A DNA stretch of 64,000 nt from Selaginella moellendorffii (taxonomy: Eukaryota; Plantae; Lycopodiophyta): the NCBI RefSeq assembly GCF_000143415.4, contig NW_003314295.1, positions 504,125-568,124 on the forward strand, given 5' to 3'. The notes beneath the pieces were generated by a model. That model saw only the letters and a program-made list of their open reading frames with translations. It did no database searches and was not told the origin of the DNA. The translations under genes were made by a program, and so were the position numbers. The stretch's first letter is position 1; every line of letters begins with the position of its first letter. Positions 1 to 11,454 of the stretch are shown here, one piece after another.

Positions 1-600
1 AGGCTCACGTTGCAAAAGTTGGATGCCTGTCAAGGCTGCTGGATGCGATAGTACTTTTGTTTTTCTCCTCTCGAGTGAGGAGCTTCCCTTTGTTCTTTCT
101 ATGAGAGAGAAATTGTGCAAACAAAGAAATCCAAGAGAATGATCAAAAGTTAGCATTAAAAGCAATGGAATCCAGAATGGCATTGGCAAGCTGGCCTGGG
201 CATCTTCTTAATTGTTCGTCACCCTGTAGGGAATCGAACCTGGGTGGAGTCATTTAAAAGCGCCCATGGCTAGGGCAAAGAAAATTTAATACGGGGCAAT
301 TTTTTTTGTTACTGGCAGAGGGGGGAGGGGACGATAGCTGCGCTCGCGCTGCGAATGGAGGCGCTGGTTCTCGCATCATCCACATCGCCGCTGCGGATCT
401 TCTCCATTTCCTCCTCGTCCTCGCCGCTGGCTATGCCGTTGTGGAGGAGCGCGCCGCCGATGTTGCTGCTGCCGTTGCTGGACGGGTTCTTTGGCGCCAG
501 GAGCGCGGCGATTAGGTCAAGCGGGCGGGCGTGAGGGAGGATTCGCGCAATGCACAAGAGGTACACGCAGATGGGCCGGGAGCAAATGCTGCTGCCCAAT
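1..600 (-). other. possible 5' exons of a spliced minus-strand gene running off the window start
   Basis: Minus ORF 309..599 ends at a CA|GTAAC donor-like site (~311); plausible acceptors lie near 240 and near 100, with a further C|GTGAG donor near base 8. No recognisable domain. Confidence 0.25.
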
Positions 601-1033
601 TTATTATAGTTACCACAGGGGGAAAGAGAGGAAGAGATTGTAGTCTATCATAGGCTATAGTTCCTTGATTTTTTCTTCATTCTGGTAGAGGATTCTGGTA
701 GAGGCAGCGGCGGGGTTAATCCGGGCTATAGTTTCTAATGGGTTAGGCCTGGGAAGAAAGAAAAAAACAAAGAGACAAGGGGAGATAGCGAGAAAAACTG
801 GGTGTTAGATGATGGAGATAGGAGCATGCAGGAGGTGCACGGGAGCATTGTGACACCAACACTGGTTTTGTCGCTGCTGGATTTGGATCCGAGCAGCAAG
901 AACAGGTTGGAGGGGTGGCACTCTCCCGAGAGGCCCGACGAAGACGACGAGCTCGACTCACACGAAGACGAAGAAGAAGAAGAAGAAGAAGAAGTGGACG
1001 AAGGATTGGGAGTTTTGGTAGCGAACACAAAGT

Positions 1034-1897
1034 GTGTGCTCGCTGGCTTCCAAAAGGAGACGTGGGTGCTCCCACTTGCTGGGCTCCTGTTGCTGCTGGG
1101 GTGCCGGGGACGAGACGACACCCATCGCTACGAGCTCCAGCAATCCGTCGTCCGCCAAGGTGGAAAATCCCGCGGGCCGTGGAGGTGGCGGCGGTGGCGG
1201 CAGCAGCAGCAGCAGCAGCAGCAGCACGGGGGAGTCGCCTATGCCGCCGTCGGCGCAGCCATCGTCCATGCCACCTCCGATTCCAGTTCCAGCGTTCCTC
1301 AGCAGCGACGAGCCCGTGCACCCGACCAATGGCGAGCGGAACTCGTCGGCGGCGTCGTCCGAGAGTGCTGGCGGGGACGCTGCCGGAGGAGGAGGAGAAG
1401 AAGGCGAAGTGAAGAAGGAGGTGGCGCGGCTGCCCGAAGTGAAACCGGGGCCGGGAGGAATCCGGAGGAAGAGATCAGGTGTTTTGGCCAAGAGGAAGAT
1501 TACGTGGGTGGATGATCACGGAGTGGACATAGCTCAGATCAAGGAGTTCGAGCCCAGGTACAGCTCTTCTTCCTTTTTTCTTGTTTTTTTTCTTCCCTTT
1601 TTCTCTCTTTTTTTTGCTGCGATTGCTTCTTTCTTTTGGTGGTTGTTCTTGTTTGACTCTTACTCTCTGCGTCAAGATTCCGTCAGCTTTAGTGGGCTGG
1701 TCTGGACGTTCTTGTTTTGACTCGGGGATTTTCCTTTTCCGTTCTCCACTGTTCTTGCTCTTTTACCTTTTATCCGTTCCCAGCTTTTTGGGTGTTTTCG
1801 TTGGTGTTCTTAGAAGTTTTAGTGCAGTGACTCCGAGGACTCCGATGAAGAGGGCGATGACGAATCCCCCCAGTCGTGCTCCTGCGTTATACAATAG
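1034..1897 (+). CDS. plant uncharacterised protein with RKITW..EFEPS motif and C-terminal CaaX box (5' end uncertain)
   Basis: Exon ends at 1557 (AG|GTAC), intron 1558-1827, and last exon 1828-1897 gives EFEPS-DSEDSDEEGDDESPQSCSCVIQ*. This resembles a plant family ending ..CxCxI[MQ]. The frame has a stop at 1019 and its first in-frame ATG is 1241. Confidence 0.65.
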
Positions 1898-2195
1898 CAT
1901 CGAATTTTCGCTGGAGCAATTGACACCAAGAACAAGAGAGCTAAACTTTTTTCTGGGACTGGAAGAGGAACAAAACGATCAAAGCCACCGGGACGGTCGC
2001 TCTGTATATTGGCTGTATTTCTACTGGCGCACCCGTCCGGGCTCACTACTTATCGCATTCCTCAAAACGCTGAGAAATTTTTTGTACGGGTCTTGTAATG
2101 TTCGTACGTTACCTTGCCAACCCTAAAACATCAATTATAAATGGGCCCAGTGTCCTTTAATTGCCGCCGACAACCTCCTCTCGTTCTAGAGAGCT

Positions 2196-3683
2196 ATGGC
2201 TGCTGCTACTCTCGCGCACATCGTCGCAGTGCCCATTCTGCTCCAGGGCCACATCGCGCCCATGCTCCACCTCGCCCACGCCATCGCTCGCACCGGCAGG
2301 GCGATCGTGTCGTTCATCACCGCGGAATCTCACGCGCGGGTGCTCGCCGGATCCAAGCACTCGTGGTACTGGCAGGGGATTGACGAGTCGCGGCTGCGAT
2401 TCCTGGGATTACCCGACTCGAGCGCTCGCAGTGGGCAGGGCGAGTGGATCGACGAGCAGGGACGCTGGCGGGGCGGCATGGACGCATTCGCTGGCGCGAT
2501 GACGGGGCATATGGCAATGGAGGCGACCCTGGCGGCGACGATCGAGGGCTTGGAATCAGTCGATTGCTTCATCTCGGATTCTCTCTCGCCGGTGCTCGAT
2601 CCAATCGCTTCCAAGCTCGGGATTCCTTTGGCGGCGCTCTGGACTGGGTCAGCATCACTGTTCGCGTTGTATCTCGACATCCAAAGTCTCGTCGACAATG
2701 GGTATATTCCAGTGCAAGGTAGAGAATCTTTTTGAATTTAAAAACTGTTTCAAAGAGTTGTTCTAGGCGGGAAATCGAGCGAGCGGGTGATAAGAGGAGT
2801 TCCTGGAATTCGGGAGCTGCAAGTCACTGATCTTCCAACTACTCTCTACACGGATCAAATCGATCCTGGATACCAGAAAGCCTACATCGCGATGGCCAGG
2901 CTCAGGGAGGTCCAATTCGCAATAGTGAATGCTTGCGAGGGGCTAGAGGGCGAGGTGTTGGCGGAGATCAGGAAGAGTCACCCAAATCTCCTTCCAGTCG
3001 GGCCTCTCGTCAAGATCCCTGGCGACGCTGATGACAATCACGGCCCCTTGAACAGCTCGAATGTAGGGCTGTGGGACGAGAATCACGACTGCATTACCTG
3101 GCTGGATTCCAGAGCACAGCACTCGGTCATCTACATCTCATTCGGGAGCATGAGCGACTTTCGATTCGAGGAGATCGAGAGCATCGGGCAGGGGATTGCA
3201 GCCACCGGGCGATCATTCCTGTGGGTTCTTCGCGAGGAGCTCGTGAGGGACATGCCGGAAGATTTCGTCAAGATGTTTGCGAGAAGGACGAAGGAACAGG
3301 GGATGGTCATCCCGTGGTCACCGCAATCCCAGGTTCTAAACCACAAGGCCGTGGGAGGATTCTTCACCCATTGCGGCTGGAGTTCGTGCATGGAAGCCAT
3401 CCTCGCTGGAGTTCCCATGCTTGCGCTGCCCCGGTTTGTGGATCAAATGTTCAATGCCAAGGTGGTTTGCGACGATTGGGAGGTGGGACTGCGGATGATC
3501 CCAAAGGGCGATGTTGATGGAGTCGTGAGTAGGGACCGCGTGGAAGTGGGGATCAATGCGCTGGTGGAGAAAGGTGGCGAGCTGAGGAGCCGCGCGATGG
3601 AGTTGCGCAAGAAGGTCGGAGCTGGATCACGCGAATCGATCGAGGGGTTCATCGACTCGATTGTGGAAAGGAGGAAGGACTGA
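2196..3683 (+). CDS. family-1 UDP-glycosyltransferase, 2 exons (2196-2718, 2767-3683)
   Basis: N-terminal catalytic His (QGHIAP); PSPG box WSPQSQVLNHKAVGGFFTHCGWSSCMEAILAGVPMLALPRFVDQ; a 48-nt GT-AG intron (2719-2766) joins the two ORFs in frame. Confidence 0.93.
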
Positions 3684-3754
3684 CAGTTTGTTTGGTATCA
3701 AAGCAAACTAATCCTCGAGTGGGAGTGTGCCACAAATGAAATGGTATCGATCAA

Positions 3755-5902
3755 ATGAAGCACAACACTCGAGAGAAGTGGCTGGAACTCATCGAGAATT
3801 GTGACAATTTTTCTACTGCCCGGCGCATTCACTCGGGAGTCCTTGGCCAACACTCGCATCTTGATGTTTTCGTGCTCAACAAGCTTGTGGGCATGTATGG
3901 CAGATGCGGTAGCCTAGCGCACGCCCGAGAGGTTTTCGATGCCATTGCTGCCAAGGACGCCTTCTCCTGGCAACTCCTGCTATCAGCCTGTGCCCGCAAT
4001 GGAGCGCTCGGGCAAGCCAGAGAAGTTTTTCTCCAGATGCCTGACAAAGATTTGGTATCCTGGAATTTGCTGCTGGGAGCAAATTCTAAACACGGATCTC
4101 TCGAAGATACCAGGAAGACCTTCGATTCCATGCCGCAGTGGGATTGTTTCTCGTGGACCATCTTGCTCAATGTATATGCCCAAGCGGGGGATCTGGAAGA
4201 CGTTAAGAAGATCTTTGATAGCATTCCAGTTAAAAACATCTTCATGTGGAGCACTATGATCAAGGCATTTCATAAAGATGGTGATGCTGCAAACGCGCAG
4301 AAGTGTTTCCACCACATTCCATTGCATAACCTTATAATCTGGAATGCGATGCTTACAGCTCATGCCCAAAGTGGGCATCTAGTAGAAGCGAGAAAGATAT
4401 ACGAGCAGTTTCCGGAATGGAATCTTGAGTCCTGGAATATAATCCTGGCCGCGTACGCCAGGAATGGTAAGCCGATGGAGGTGCGTAAAGTGTTTGAATC
4501 CATGGAGCAACGGAATCTAGTGTCTTGGAACTCCCTTCTTTGGGCATATGCCCAAGGCGGGCATCTAAGAGAGGCCAGGCGAGTGTTCCAATCAATGCCA
4601 GAGAGGGATCTCATCTCCTGGAACACGCTGCTCGATGCGCACTGCCAGCACGCCGGATCGATTGACGAGGCGAGGCTGCTGTTCGATACGATGTCACATC
4701 GCGACGCGGTGTCATGGAATTCGATCGTCGCGGGGTACGCGCGGGCTGGCAATCCCGAGGAATCCAAGCGTCTGTTCGATAGGGCTCCTCAGCTGGATCT
4801 TAAGATCTGTACCACGATGGTAGCGGCGCTGGCAGAGAGCGGCCAGATCCAAGAAGCCCGGGCGCTCTTCGATGGGATCCTCGAGAAGGATTTGGCGCTC
4901 TGGAACGCTCTGCTCGCTGGCTGTTGCCTGCGTTCGCAATCGCTGGACGAAGCGCTGGAAATCTTCAATGCGATGCCGCGGGTGAATCTCTCATCGTGCT
5001 CGTCCCTGCTCTCGTGCTACTCTCGATTCGGGGAGCTGGAGCGCGTCAAGCAGTTCTTCGATCGAATGCCGCAGCAAAATCTCGTGTCCTGGAGTTGCAT
5101 GCTACTCGCGTATGCGCAGAACGATCGCCTGGATCACGCCAGGAGCTTGTTCGATCGGATTCCAGAGCGGGACCTCGTGTGCTGGAATTCGATCTTGGGA
5201 GCGTATGCCGGCAGTGGCGATCTGCACGAATGCCGCAAGATCTTCCAAGAAATCCCGGATCCAAGCGTGACCTCCTGGACATCGCTACTCACCGCCTTCG
5301 CGATCCAAGGGCATCTCGCGGAAGCCAAAGAGCTCTTCGATCGATGCCCCAATCGAGACACGATCATCTGGAACGCGCTGCTGGCGGCGTACGCGACCAG
5401 CGGGCGACCAGCGCTGGCGATGGATCTGTTCGCCAAAATGCCCGATCAAACGCCCATCGCTTGGACTTCCTTGCTAGCAGCACTTGCCGCGAGGGGGCAT
5501 ATTTTAAGATGCGAGGAATCCTTCGCGGCGATGAAAACTCTCCACGCCCCTGGGGAGGCGTGCTTCGTGCTGGCGCTGGCGGCGTCTGGGCACGGGGGTC
5601 GCGTGTTCGATTCGCGCCGCCACTTCCAGTCAATGGTGGCTGACTTTGACCTGGAACCCCGAAAGCAGCACTACAGCTGCATGGTGGACGCGCTGGCCAG
5701 GGCGGGCTACTTGGACGACGCGATGGAGCTCCTGGAGAATATGCCTTACCGCCCGGATACCGTCGATTCGATGTGCTTCCTGGCCGCGTGTAGGAGCCAC
5801 CATGGCGACCGCCCCCTTCGTCTTCTCCACGAGGGCGACAAAGAATCGTCCACTTACGCGCTCCTGGCTAGCATTTCCAGCTCTAGAGTCACTGCTCCTT
5901 GA
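3755..5902 (+). CDS. PLS-class pentatricopeptide repeat protein (mostly ~31-aa S-type repeats, E-like C-terminus, no DYW)
   Basis: 715-aa intronless ORF of repeats like D/NLVSWNxLLxAYAQxGHLxEARxxFxxMP, ending HYSCMVDALARAGYLDDAMELLENMP. Confidence 0.9.
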   Translation: MKHNTREKWLELIENCDNFSTARRIHSGVLGQHSHLDVFVLNKLVGMYGRCGSLAHAREVFDAIAAKDAFSWQLLLSACARNGALGQAREVFLQMPDKDLVSWNLLLGANSKHGSLEDTRKTFDSMPQWDCFSWTILLNVYAQAGDLEDVKKIFDSIPVKNIFMWSTMIKAFHKDGDAANAQKCFHHIPLHNLIIWNAMLTAHAQSGHLVEARKIYEQFPEWNLESWNIILAAYARNGKPMEVRKVFESMEQRNLVSWNSLLWAYAQGGHLREARRVFQSMPERDLISWNTLLDAHCQHAGSIDEARLLFDTMSHRDAVSWNSIVAGYARAGNPEESKRLFDRAPQLDLKICTTMVAALAESGQIQEARALFDGILEKDLALWNALLAGCCLRSQSLDEALEIFNAMPRVNLSSCSSLLSCYSRFGELERVKQFFDRMPQQNLVSWSCMLLAYAQNDRLDHARSLFDRIPERDLVCWNSILGAYAGSGDLHECRKIFQEIPDPSVTSWTSLLTAFAIQGHLAEAKELFDRCPNRDTIIWNALLAAYATSGRPALAMDLFAKMPDQTPIAWTSLLAALAARGHILRCEESFAAMKTLHAPGEACFVLALAASGHGGRVFDSRRHFQSMVADFDLEPRKQHYSCMVDALARAGYLDDAMELLENMPYRPDTVDSMCFLAACRSHHGDRPLRLLHEGDKESSTYALLASISSSRVTAP

Positions 5903-5968
5903 TAGCAATCGATGGTATTTATGGATTAGAGGGACAAGGATCTCCGATCCATGAATTTGTCTAGATGA

Positions 5969-6388
5969 TCAGGGTTTCTTGGACGAGGCCTCCTCCTCCC
6001 GGTCGACCACGGCGTGGAGCAAGCTATCGTCGCCCACGACCATCTCCATGGGCGAGCTGCCGAGGCCGTCGGCCACGGCCAGCAAGATCTGCTTGAGCTG
6101 CTCGCGGAACTCGGCGAGATCCACCTTGCCGTCGTGATCCATGTCGAACATCTCGAACGCCGACTGGTAGAGCGCATTGAGCTCCTCGGGGGTCTTGCTC
6201 ACCGGGAATCCGCCCACAGTCTCGAGGAGATTGAGGCGCTCCAGCGCGACGCGGAGCTCCGAGCGCGAGAGGACGCCGTCGTTGTTGACATCCAGCTCCT
6301 TGAACTGGGGATCCACGGCCTTGATCAGCGCCGCCTCGTCCAGCGCGAAGTTGCGCACAGCGTTTCCATCCAACAGCACCACGCCCAT
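5969..6388 (-). CDS. two-EF-hand calcium-binding protein
   Basis: ATG at 6388 (MGVVLLDG..); canonical EF loops DVNNDGVLSRSE and DMDHDGKVDLAE. Confidence 0.88.
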   Translation of the reverse strand: MGVVLLDGNAVRNFALDEAALIKAVDPQFKELDVNNDGVLSRSELRVALERLNLLETVGGFPVSKTPEELNALYQSAFEMFDMDHDGKVDLAEFREQLKQILLAVADGLGSSPMEMVVGDDSLLHAVVDREEEASSKKP

Positions 6389-6479
6389 CGCCAAAAGCAC
6401 CAAAGCACACAAACCTTGAGAATCCTGGCCTCTTAACCGTTAGATAGTGTCGCTAATGCGAATATGCCCTAAATTTCGC

Positions 6480-6489
6480 GCCACGTGGC
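6480..6489. promoter_or_regulatory. palindromic G-box/ABRE (GCCACGTGGC) in a bidirectional promoter
   Basis: Perfect 10-bp palindrome within the 151-bp gap between divergent ATGs at 6388 and 6540. Confidence 0.5.
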
Positions 6490-6539
6490 ATTTAAAAAGT
6501 TTCCTTTGACATTTCTAGGGTTTGCCCGCGCGATTGGCT

Positions 6540-8150
6540 ATGGCGGAGGGGCAGCGAAGAGAGGTTTTGCTCGACGACGACACGCTCATCGCCATTTTTC
6601 GGCTGCTGCTGCCGCGATCTCTTGCCAGATGCGCTGCGGTCTGCTCCCAATGGTGAGTCTCGATCGAAGCTTGCAGGAAATATGTCCCTGATCGATTCAA
6701 TGCCTTGCTCCAGGCACAGGCTAGTAACTTCACAGCTCATGAAAGACGCATGCAGTAGACATGGGGGTTTAGTGTATAGCGATCCCTCGCGCTGCAAAGA
6801 GGCTATGATCAGAACGGAGCAGTTTGATCGACTTTTAAAATGCAACCCGAGAGTTCTTTCTTCTCAAGCTCACTCTGGCAGGTAAGCTCTATTTTTCCTC
6901 TTGTGATTTTCCAGCCCGAGGTTTCTCCAGAGTGAACTGCTGTCACTGGTCGATGGACACACTTGCAACAGGTTCCAGTGATAATGTAAGCTCGTCTAGA
7001 AAAAAATTTCTTACGTTTTCTTGCTTTTAATGCTTTATTTCATGGTGGCAGACTGTTAGTGTTTGGTCGATGGATTCCATGCAATGCATGGAAGAATACA
7101 GAGTTCCAGATAGCGTCGCAGCTGTTAAGTTTGATGGAAGCAGAGTAAGTTCTCTAGTTGCTGGCCAATTCAAAGACTTCCATCCAGATATTCGCAGCGG
7201 CTGGCAAGGATGTCCACATATGGAAACGTGGGAACCGCGAAACTCTTCGAGTTCTTGGAGGTCACAACCAACGCTTGCATTCTATGCAGTAAGCCTACGC
7301 TATCGAAGCTTGAAATGATTTTTCTTGATTGTTTTCCTTTCTGTTAGCTGCATCGATCCTGAGTTAGCGGTGGGCTGTGCGGATGGCACAGTAAGGATTT
7401 TCGACATGTACACTGCTCGCTGCTCGATGCTCTTAAGGTGCGTTCCTTTTCGTTGAATGAAACTCTCAGACGTTCTTTGCAGGCACCACACGGAAAAGGT
7501 AACGTGTATCAGATCTTTAAATAAGCCCAACGTACTAGTTAGTGGCTCCTATGACTGCTCCGTGCGACTATGGGATCCTTTGTCGGGGGAGAACGTTCGA
7601 AGCTACTTTCCGGCTTCTTCAGGTGCAGTCGCTCAACCCTTCGCAACTTCTATGAACTTGATAGCTCATCCCCTTACCAGCAGGCATTTCCTGTCTTCAT
7701 GTGGGAAAGGACAGGATTGAGCTCATCGTTGGAACTGTCTTGGGCGACATAGATTGCTTCGATATCCGGTACAATCTCTTCAACTGCTTGGTTTTCAGCT
7801 AGTTTCAACGTTTTTTCTTTTGTAGAGTCGGAGGCAGGCGGCCTTTGTGGTCTAGGCGCAGTGGTAACGGTCCAATCAACAGCATCCACTGGCCAACCTA
7901 TACACTCGACAATTCATGCATGATAAAGGCGATTCTGATCGGGGGAAACGATGGCAAGCTGCATCTTATCAATAGCGACACCGGCCGCACCTTTCGTACG
8001 TTTACGCGCGAGAGTCACTCTTCTCCAGTTTTATCAGCGAGGCTGGGACATACTCGGTTCGTGTCATGTCATGCCGACGGCACCGTGACAAGGTGGATAT
8101 TTGATCAAGGACGTACCCGCGTCGGCTTGGCCATCTGCCAAGCGTACTAG
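6540..8150 (+). CDS. F-box/WD40-repeat protein, multi-exon (3' end approximate)
   Basis: Exon 1 (6540-6652) reads MAEGQRREVLLDDDTLIAIFRLLLPRSLARCAAVCSQW, an F-box. Intron 6653-6713. Later exons carry WD40 signatures (LAVGCADGTVRIFD, HTEKVTCI, LVSGSYDCSVRLWD, FVSCHADGTVTRW). Confidence 0.8.
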
Positions 8151-8543
8151 ATCTAATCAACTTCGTTATCAAGGTAATACTCTCCTTGTTTTTTCTTGTT
8201 TCCTAACGCCAAATCATCCCAGACATTTCAACAGAACATGAAAATCCAGAGACTAGTCCGCTGCATTGCTTTCAAGCAAAGTTTCTCGGCTTTTCCGGTC
8301 TTTGGAATGCGCATAACTTTCCTGGAATCCTCGAACCGCACGACTGTTGTCTAGCAGCCAGCACCAGGTTCTCGTTTTCCTAGCAATCTCTAGCACCTAT
8401 TTTTTCTACTCTCCAGATGTGAGCGAGACAATGGCTTAACTTGAGTATAAGAGTCGCAACATGCATTGAAATAGCCAACGCTCAACGCTCAAACAATTAT
8501 ATGGGTACGCTTATGATCCGCCTTGTCTAATAGATCGACTAAG

Positions 8544-10409
8544 TTACTGCCTAGAAGGAAGTTTTACCGTACGTCGAGCTCCCAAGCTACCGGAAGAACG
8601 ATCTTCGCTGCGACGATCGTGGAGTGTTGCTGTCTCACCCAGCCCCCACCGCCGCATGAAGGCCTCCGTCTCCACATCCTCCACTAATCCAGCTCGCGTC
8701 TTCATGACGTGCGTGGTGGCTCTGTGGAGCTCGACCTCGGCAGCTTTCATGATGCACGCCAGATCCAGGTCGTCCTCTTTCTTCCAGGTCGGGACGAACG
8801 CCTGGAAGTCGACGGAGTCCATCGCCGGCTCTGGGCTGGAGGAAGGAAGCTGGAGCTTTGGAACCGGGGCGGCTATGGGGATGTAGCGCGTGGAGGCGGC
8901 GTCGCCTTCGTCCTCCTCTTCCGGGATGGGTGCCAGTATCCAGTTGCCTTCGTAGACTGGGGATCCCAGAGGCTCGGGGGATTGAGCGGACTCGTCGCCT
9001 TCTTCGAGCATCTTGAGGAACTGCCGCGCGACCGAGTTGGCCTCGTCGTAAATGTTAGTGGCAGAGCGGTCAGTGCTATCAGCGGCGTGGTCCTCATGGA
9101 TCTTCGGTGTGACTTTGGCGATGGCAAGCTCCTTGCCCGTCTCTGCTATTGAATCCACCTCTTCCTCCGAGCCGGTTGAGTCGTCCAGGCTGTAGTCTTC
9201 TTTGGAGATCTCCACGGGCTCTTCGATAGTCGGCTTCTTCTCGCGTCGCTTTGATGATGCGTCGGAGGTGCTCTGGATCTGTGCTTGAACGAGGGAGCAA
9301 AGCATGGAGTCGAGGCGGCTGTCCGGGGCGGTTCTCAGGTCCTCCTCGTCTTGGTTGTGATCTTCGCCACCTTGGTCGTTGTCCGAGCAAGAAGACGAGC
9401 ACGCCTCCTGCGCGAGGCCTGCGAGATCGGGCATCGACTTGAGCGACTCGGAGCGGGCAAAGAGCGTGGACGAGACGTTGACGAGGCCGCTGAGAGGACG
9501 GAGCCGCCGCCAGAGTGCTGGGCGATTGTGCTGCTGCTCGTTGGCGAATCGGCAGCTCTCGGTTCGGATGGATGGATTTGAAGGAGCTGGAACAGCGGTT
9601 GCCGCAGCATCGCCACCACCACCACTGCTTTTGGAGAAGTTGACAAACTCGTACCCAATGCTTGCGACCACACTGGCGCCTTTGAGGTTCTCGGAAGCGC
9701 TGATCACGAAGGCGGCAGTCCAGGCGCTCGAGGCGGCAAAGTCGGCGGTGTCGCCGATCGCGTCTGGGAGAATGCTGCCGAGGTCGAGCGTGAGCTCGCC
9801 AAGAACCGCCTGATCGAAGCTCGACACGATGAGCAGCCGGAACGACTTGGACACCGGGTGCTTGATGGCGTGCGGCGAAGCCCTGGACGCCCTCACCTTG
9901 GAGTGGAGATGGAGCGTCTCCTCGAATTCAACGCTGCCATTGAGAGCTCGCGACGCCAGAGTCTTGGAAGAACGCGCCTTGCGCAGGCAGTGGACCTCGA
10001 GGAGGATGCCGTGCGTGAGGTAGACGGGGAGATCGCGAATGGCGTGGATGTGGATGGAGAAGACGCAATCGAATGCCCGGTAGTGGAAGAAGCGCCAGCC
10101 CCAAAACCTCTGCTGCTGCTGCTGCTGCTCCTGCTGCCGAATCGGATGATCCTTCTTCTTGCTGTTCTTCGCGTTGTTCTTCGCGATCTTTGGCTGCTCA
10201 AAACCCTGGGAGTGCGTGAGATATCGCCTCCATTCCCCCGCCTCGGGCCTTGGCGCTGCGTCTTTGCCTGCATTGTAGCTCACTGGCCCCGATCGCGACT
10301 GGCTCGCCGCGGCCTTCGATCCGGGCGGCTTGAGCAGCCTCGAGCTCGGCTTCTCGGTCGCATCAAACATCCTGCCCATCTCCCTGCCGAAATACCCAGC
10401 TCCAAACAT
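8544..10409 (-). CDS. PMI1/PMIR-like protein with N-terminal NT-C2 domain
   Basis: NT-C2-like segment FDCVFSIHIHAIRDLP..GSVEFEETL; PMIR-like blocks SVARQFLKMLE and LVEDVETEAFMRRWGL. First ATG is at 10409. Confidence 0.75.
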   Translation of the reverse strand: MFGAGYFGREMGRMFDATEKPSSRLLKPPGSKAAASQSRSGPVSYNAGKDAAPRPEAGEWRRYLTHSQGFEQPKIAKNNAKNSKKKDHPIRQQEQQQQQQRFWGWRFFHYRAFDCVFSIHIHAIRDLPVYLTHGILLEVHCLRKARSSKTLASRALNGSVEFEETLHLHSKVRASRASPHAIKHPVSKSFRLLIVSSFDQAVLGELTLDLGSILPDAIGDTADFAASSAWTAAFVISASENLKGASVVASIGYEFVNFSKSSGGGGDAAATAVPAPSNPSIRTESCRFANEQQHNRPALWRRLRPLSGLVNVSSTLFARSESLKSMPDLAGLAQEACSSSCSDNDQGGEDHNQDEEDLRTAPDSRLDSMLCSLVQAQIQSTSDASSKRREKKPTIEEPVEISKEDYSLDDSTGSEEEVDSIAETGKELAIAKVTPKIHEDHAADSTDRSATNIYDEANSVARQFLKMLEEGDESAQSPEPLGSPVYEGNWILAPIPEEEDEGDAASTRYIPIAAPVPKLQLPSSSPEPAMDSVDFQAFVPTWKKEDDLDLACIMKAAEVELHRATTHVMKTRAGLVEDVETEAFMRRWGLGETATLHDRRSEDRSSGSLGARRTVKLPSRQ

Positions 10410-11454
10410 CAAGAAAGTGCCGCCGCTGTCAAGAAACAACAGCTTACCGCGGCGATCGCAAAGAAAGAATGGTCAGCTCATGGCGCGGGCGCGCGCGCGC
10501 TGGCATGGAAGCGAAGAACCCTAAAATCCTCTCCCCACCACTCTCTGAATCAATGCAGCACACCGGCACTAAATCTTTGTTTTCTACTTCAAAATACCGG
10601 TAGCGCGGGATATGGGTTTGATCCTCGAGGGCCATTTATTCCAACGCCTGGCAAAATCTGGGCCGTTGATCTGCCAAGGCCAGAATTTAGAGTAACTTTG
10701 CCGCATTTTTAAAAAGTCACACTCCATTTTTAGGGCTCTTGCCCATGAGCCTCTAGGGTTTCAATTCCTTTGAGACAAGAATCCACAGCGCCTTGGAGCG
10801 GCCGTGGGCGCCGCGATAGATCCGCTCTCGCAACTCGAGGTACTGTAAATCCTCCCGTGCTCTCTCTGTTCAAGGTCGAATTTTTTTCTTTCTTTCTTTC
10901 TTTTTTTCTTTCGTTTTCTTTGGTCCGGCCCTTTCGTGAATTGCCCCGATCTGCGAGAATTTTGCCTTGTTTTCCTTAGCTCGACAAAATTGCAGGGCTG
11001 CATGTCCGCTACTTCTTGAGTTTTCTAAGAGTTTGTAAAGTTAGCGGAGAAAAGCAATTGGGCAAACACCTTGTGTTTGTTCCTGTGAGGCGGAGGAAAA
11101 AAAAAAAAGACCCTACAAAGCACGCTGGGAAAAATGCTACTGGATATCAAAAACTGTGTATGAGACACATACTGGAGAAAGATCCTCTTATTTTACCTGA
11201 AAACTTCGATCTCGATCGACTCTTTGCTTTTTTCTTGTGAGTGTGCCTTTTGTGAGTGTGCCTGGTGTCATTACTTCTTTGACTATCACACCACTGTTCT
11301 CTCTCGTATTGCTTGCTCGCTTGCTTTGCGTGCTGGAGCTTGAGTGTGGCTTCAGTGTTCTTCGTTTTGCTTTGCTTCGTTTTTCTGGTTCCTCGTTTTT
11401 AATGGTTGTTGACAGTGGCATAGTTGTATAACAGGTAGTGAAATCTCTCTCAGA

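Noticed and set aside
215-280. GGTTCGATTCC (tRNA T-loop/B-box) on the minus strand
   Set aside because: No A-box or cloverleaf; better read as an acceptor/exon start or chance.
306-515. ORF beginning LLAEGGG, recalling the N-terminus I remember for homologues of the 1034-1897 protein
   Set aside because: TTG start, no supportable splice path, and the similarity is short and from memory only.
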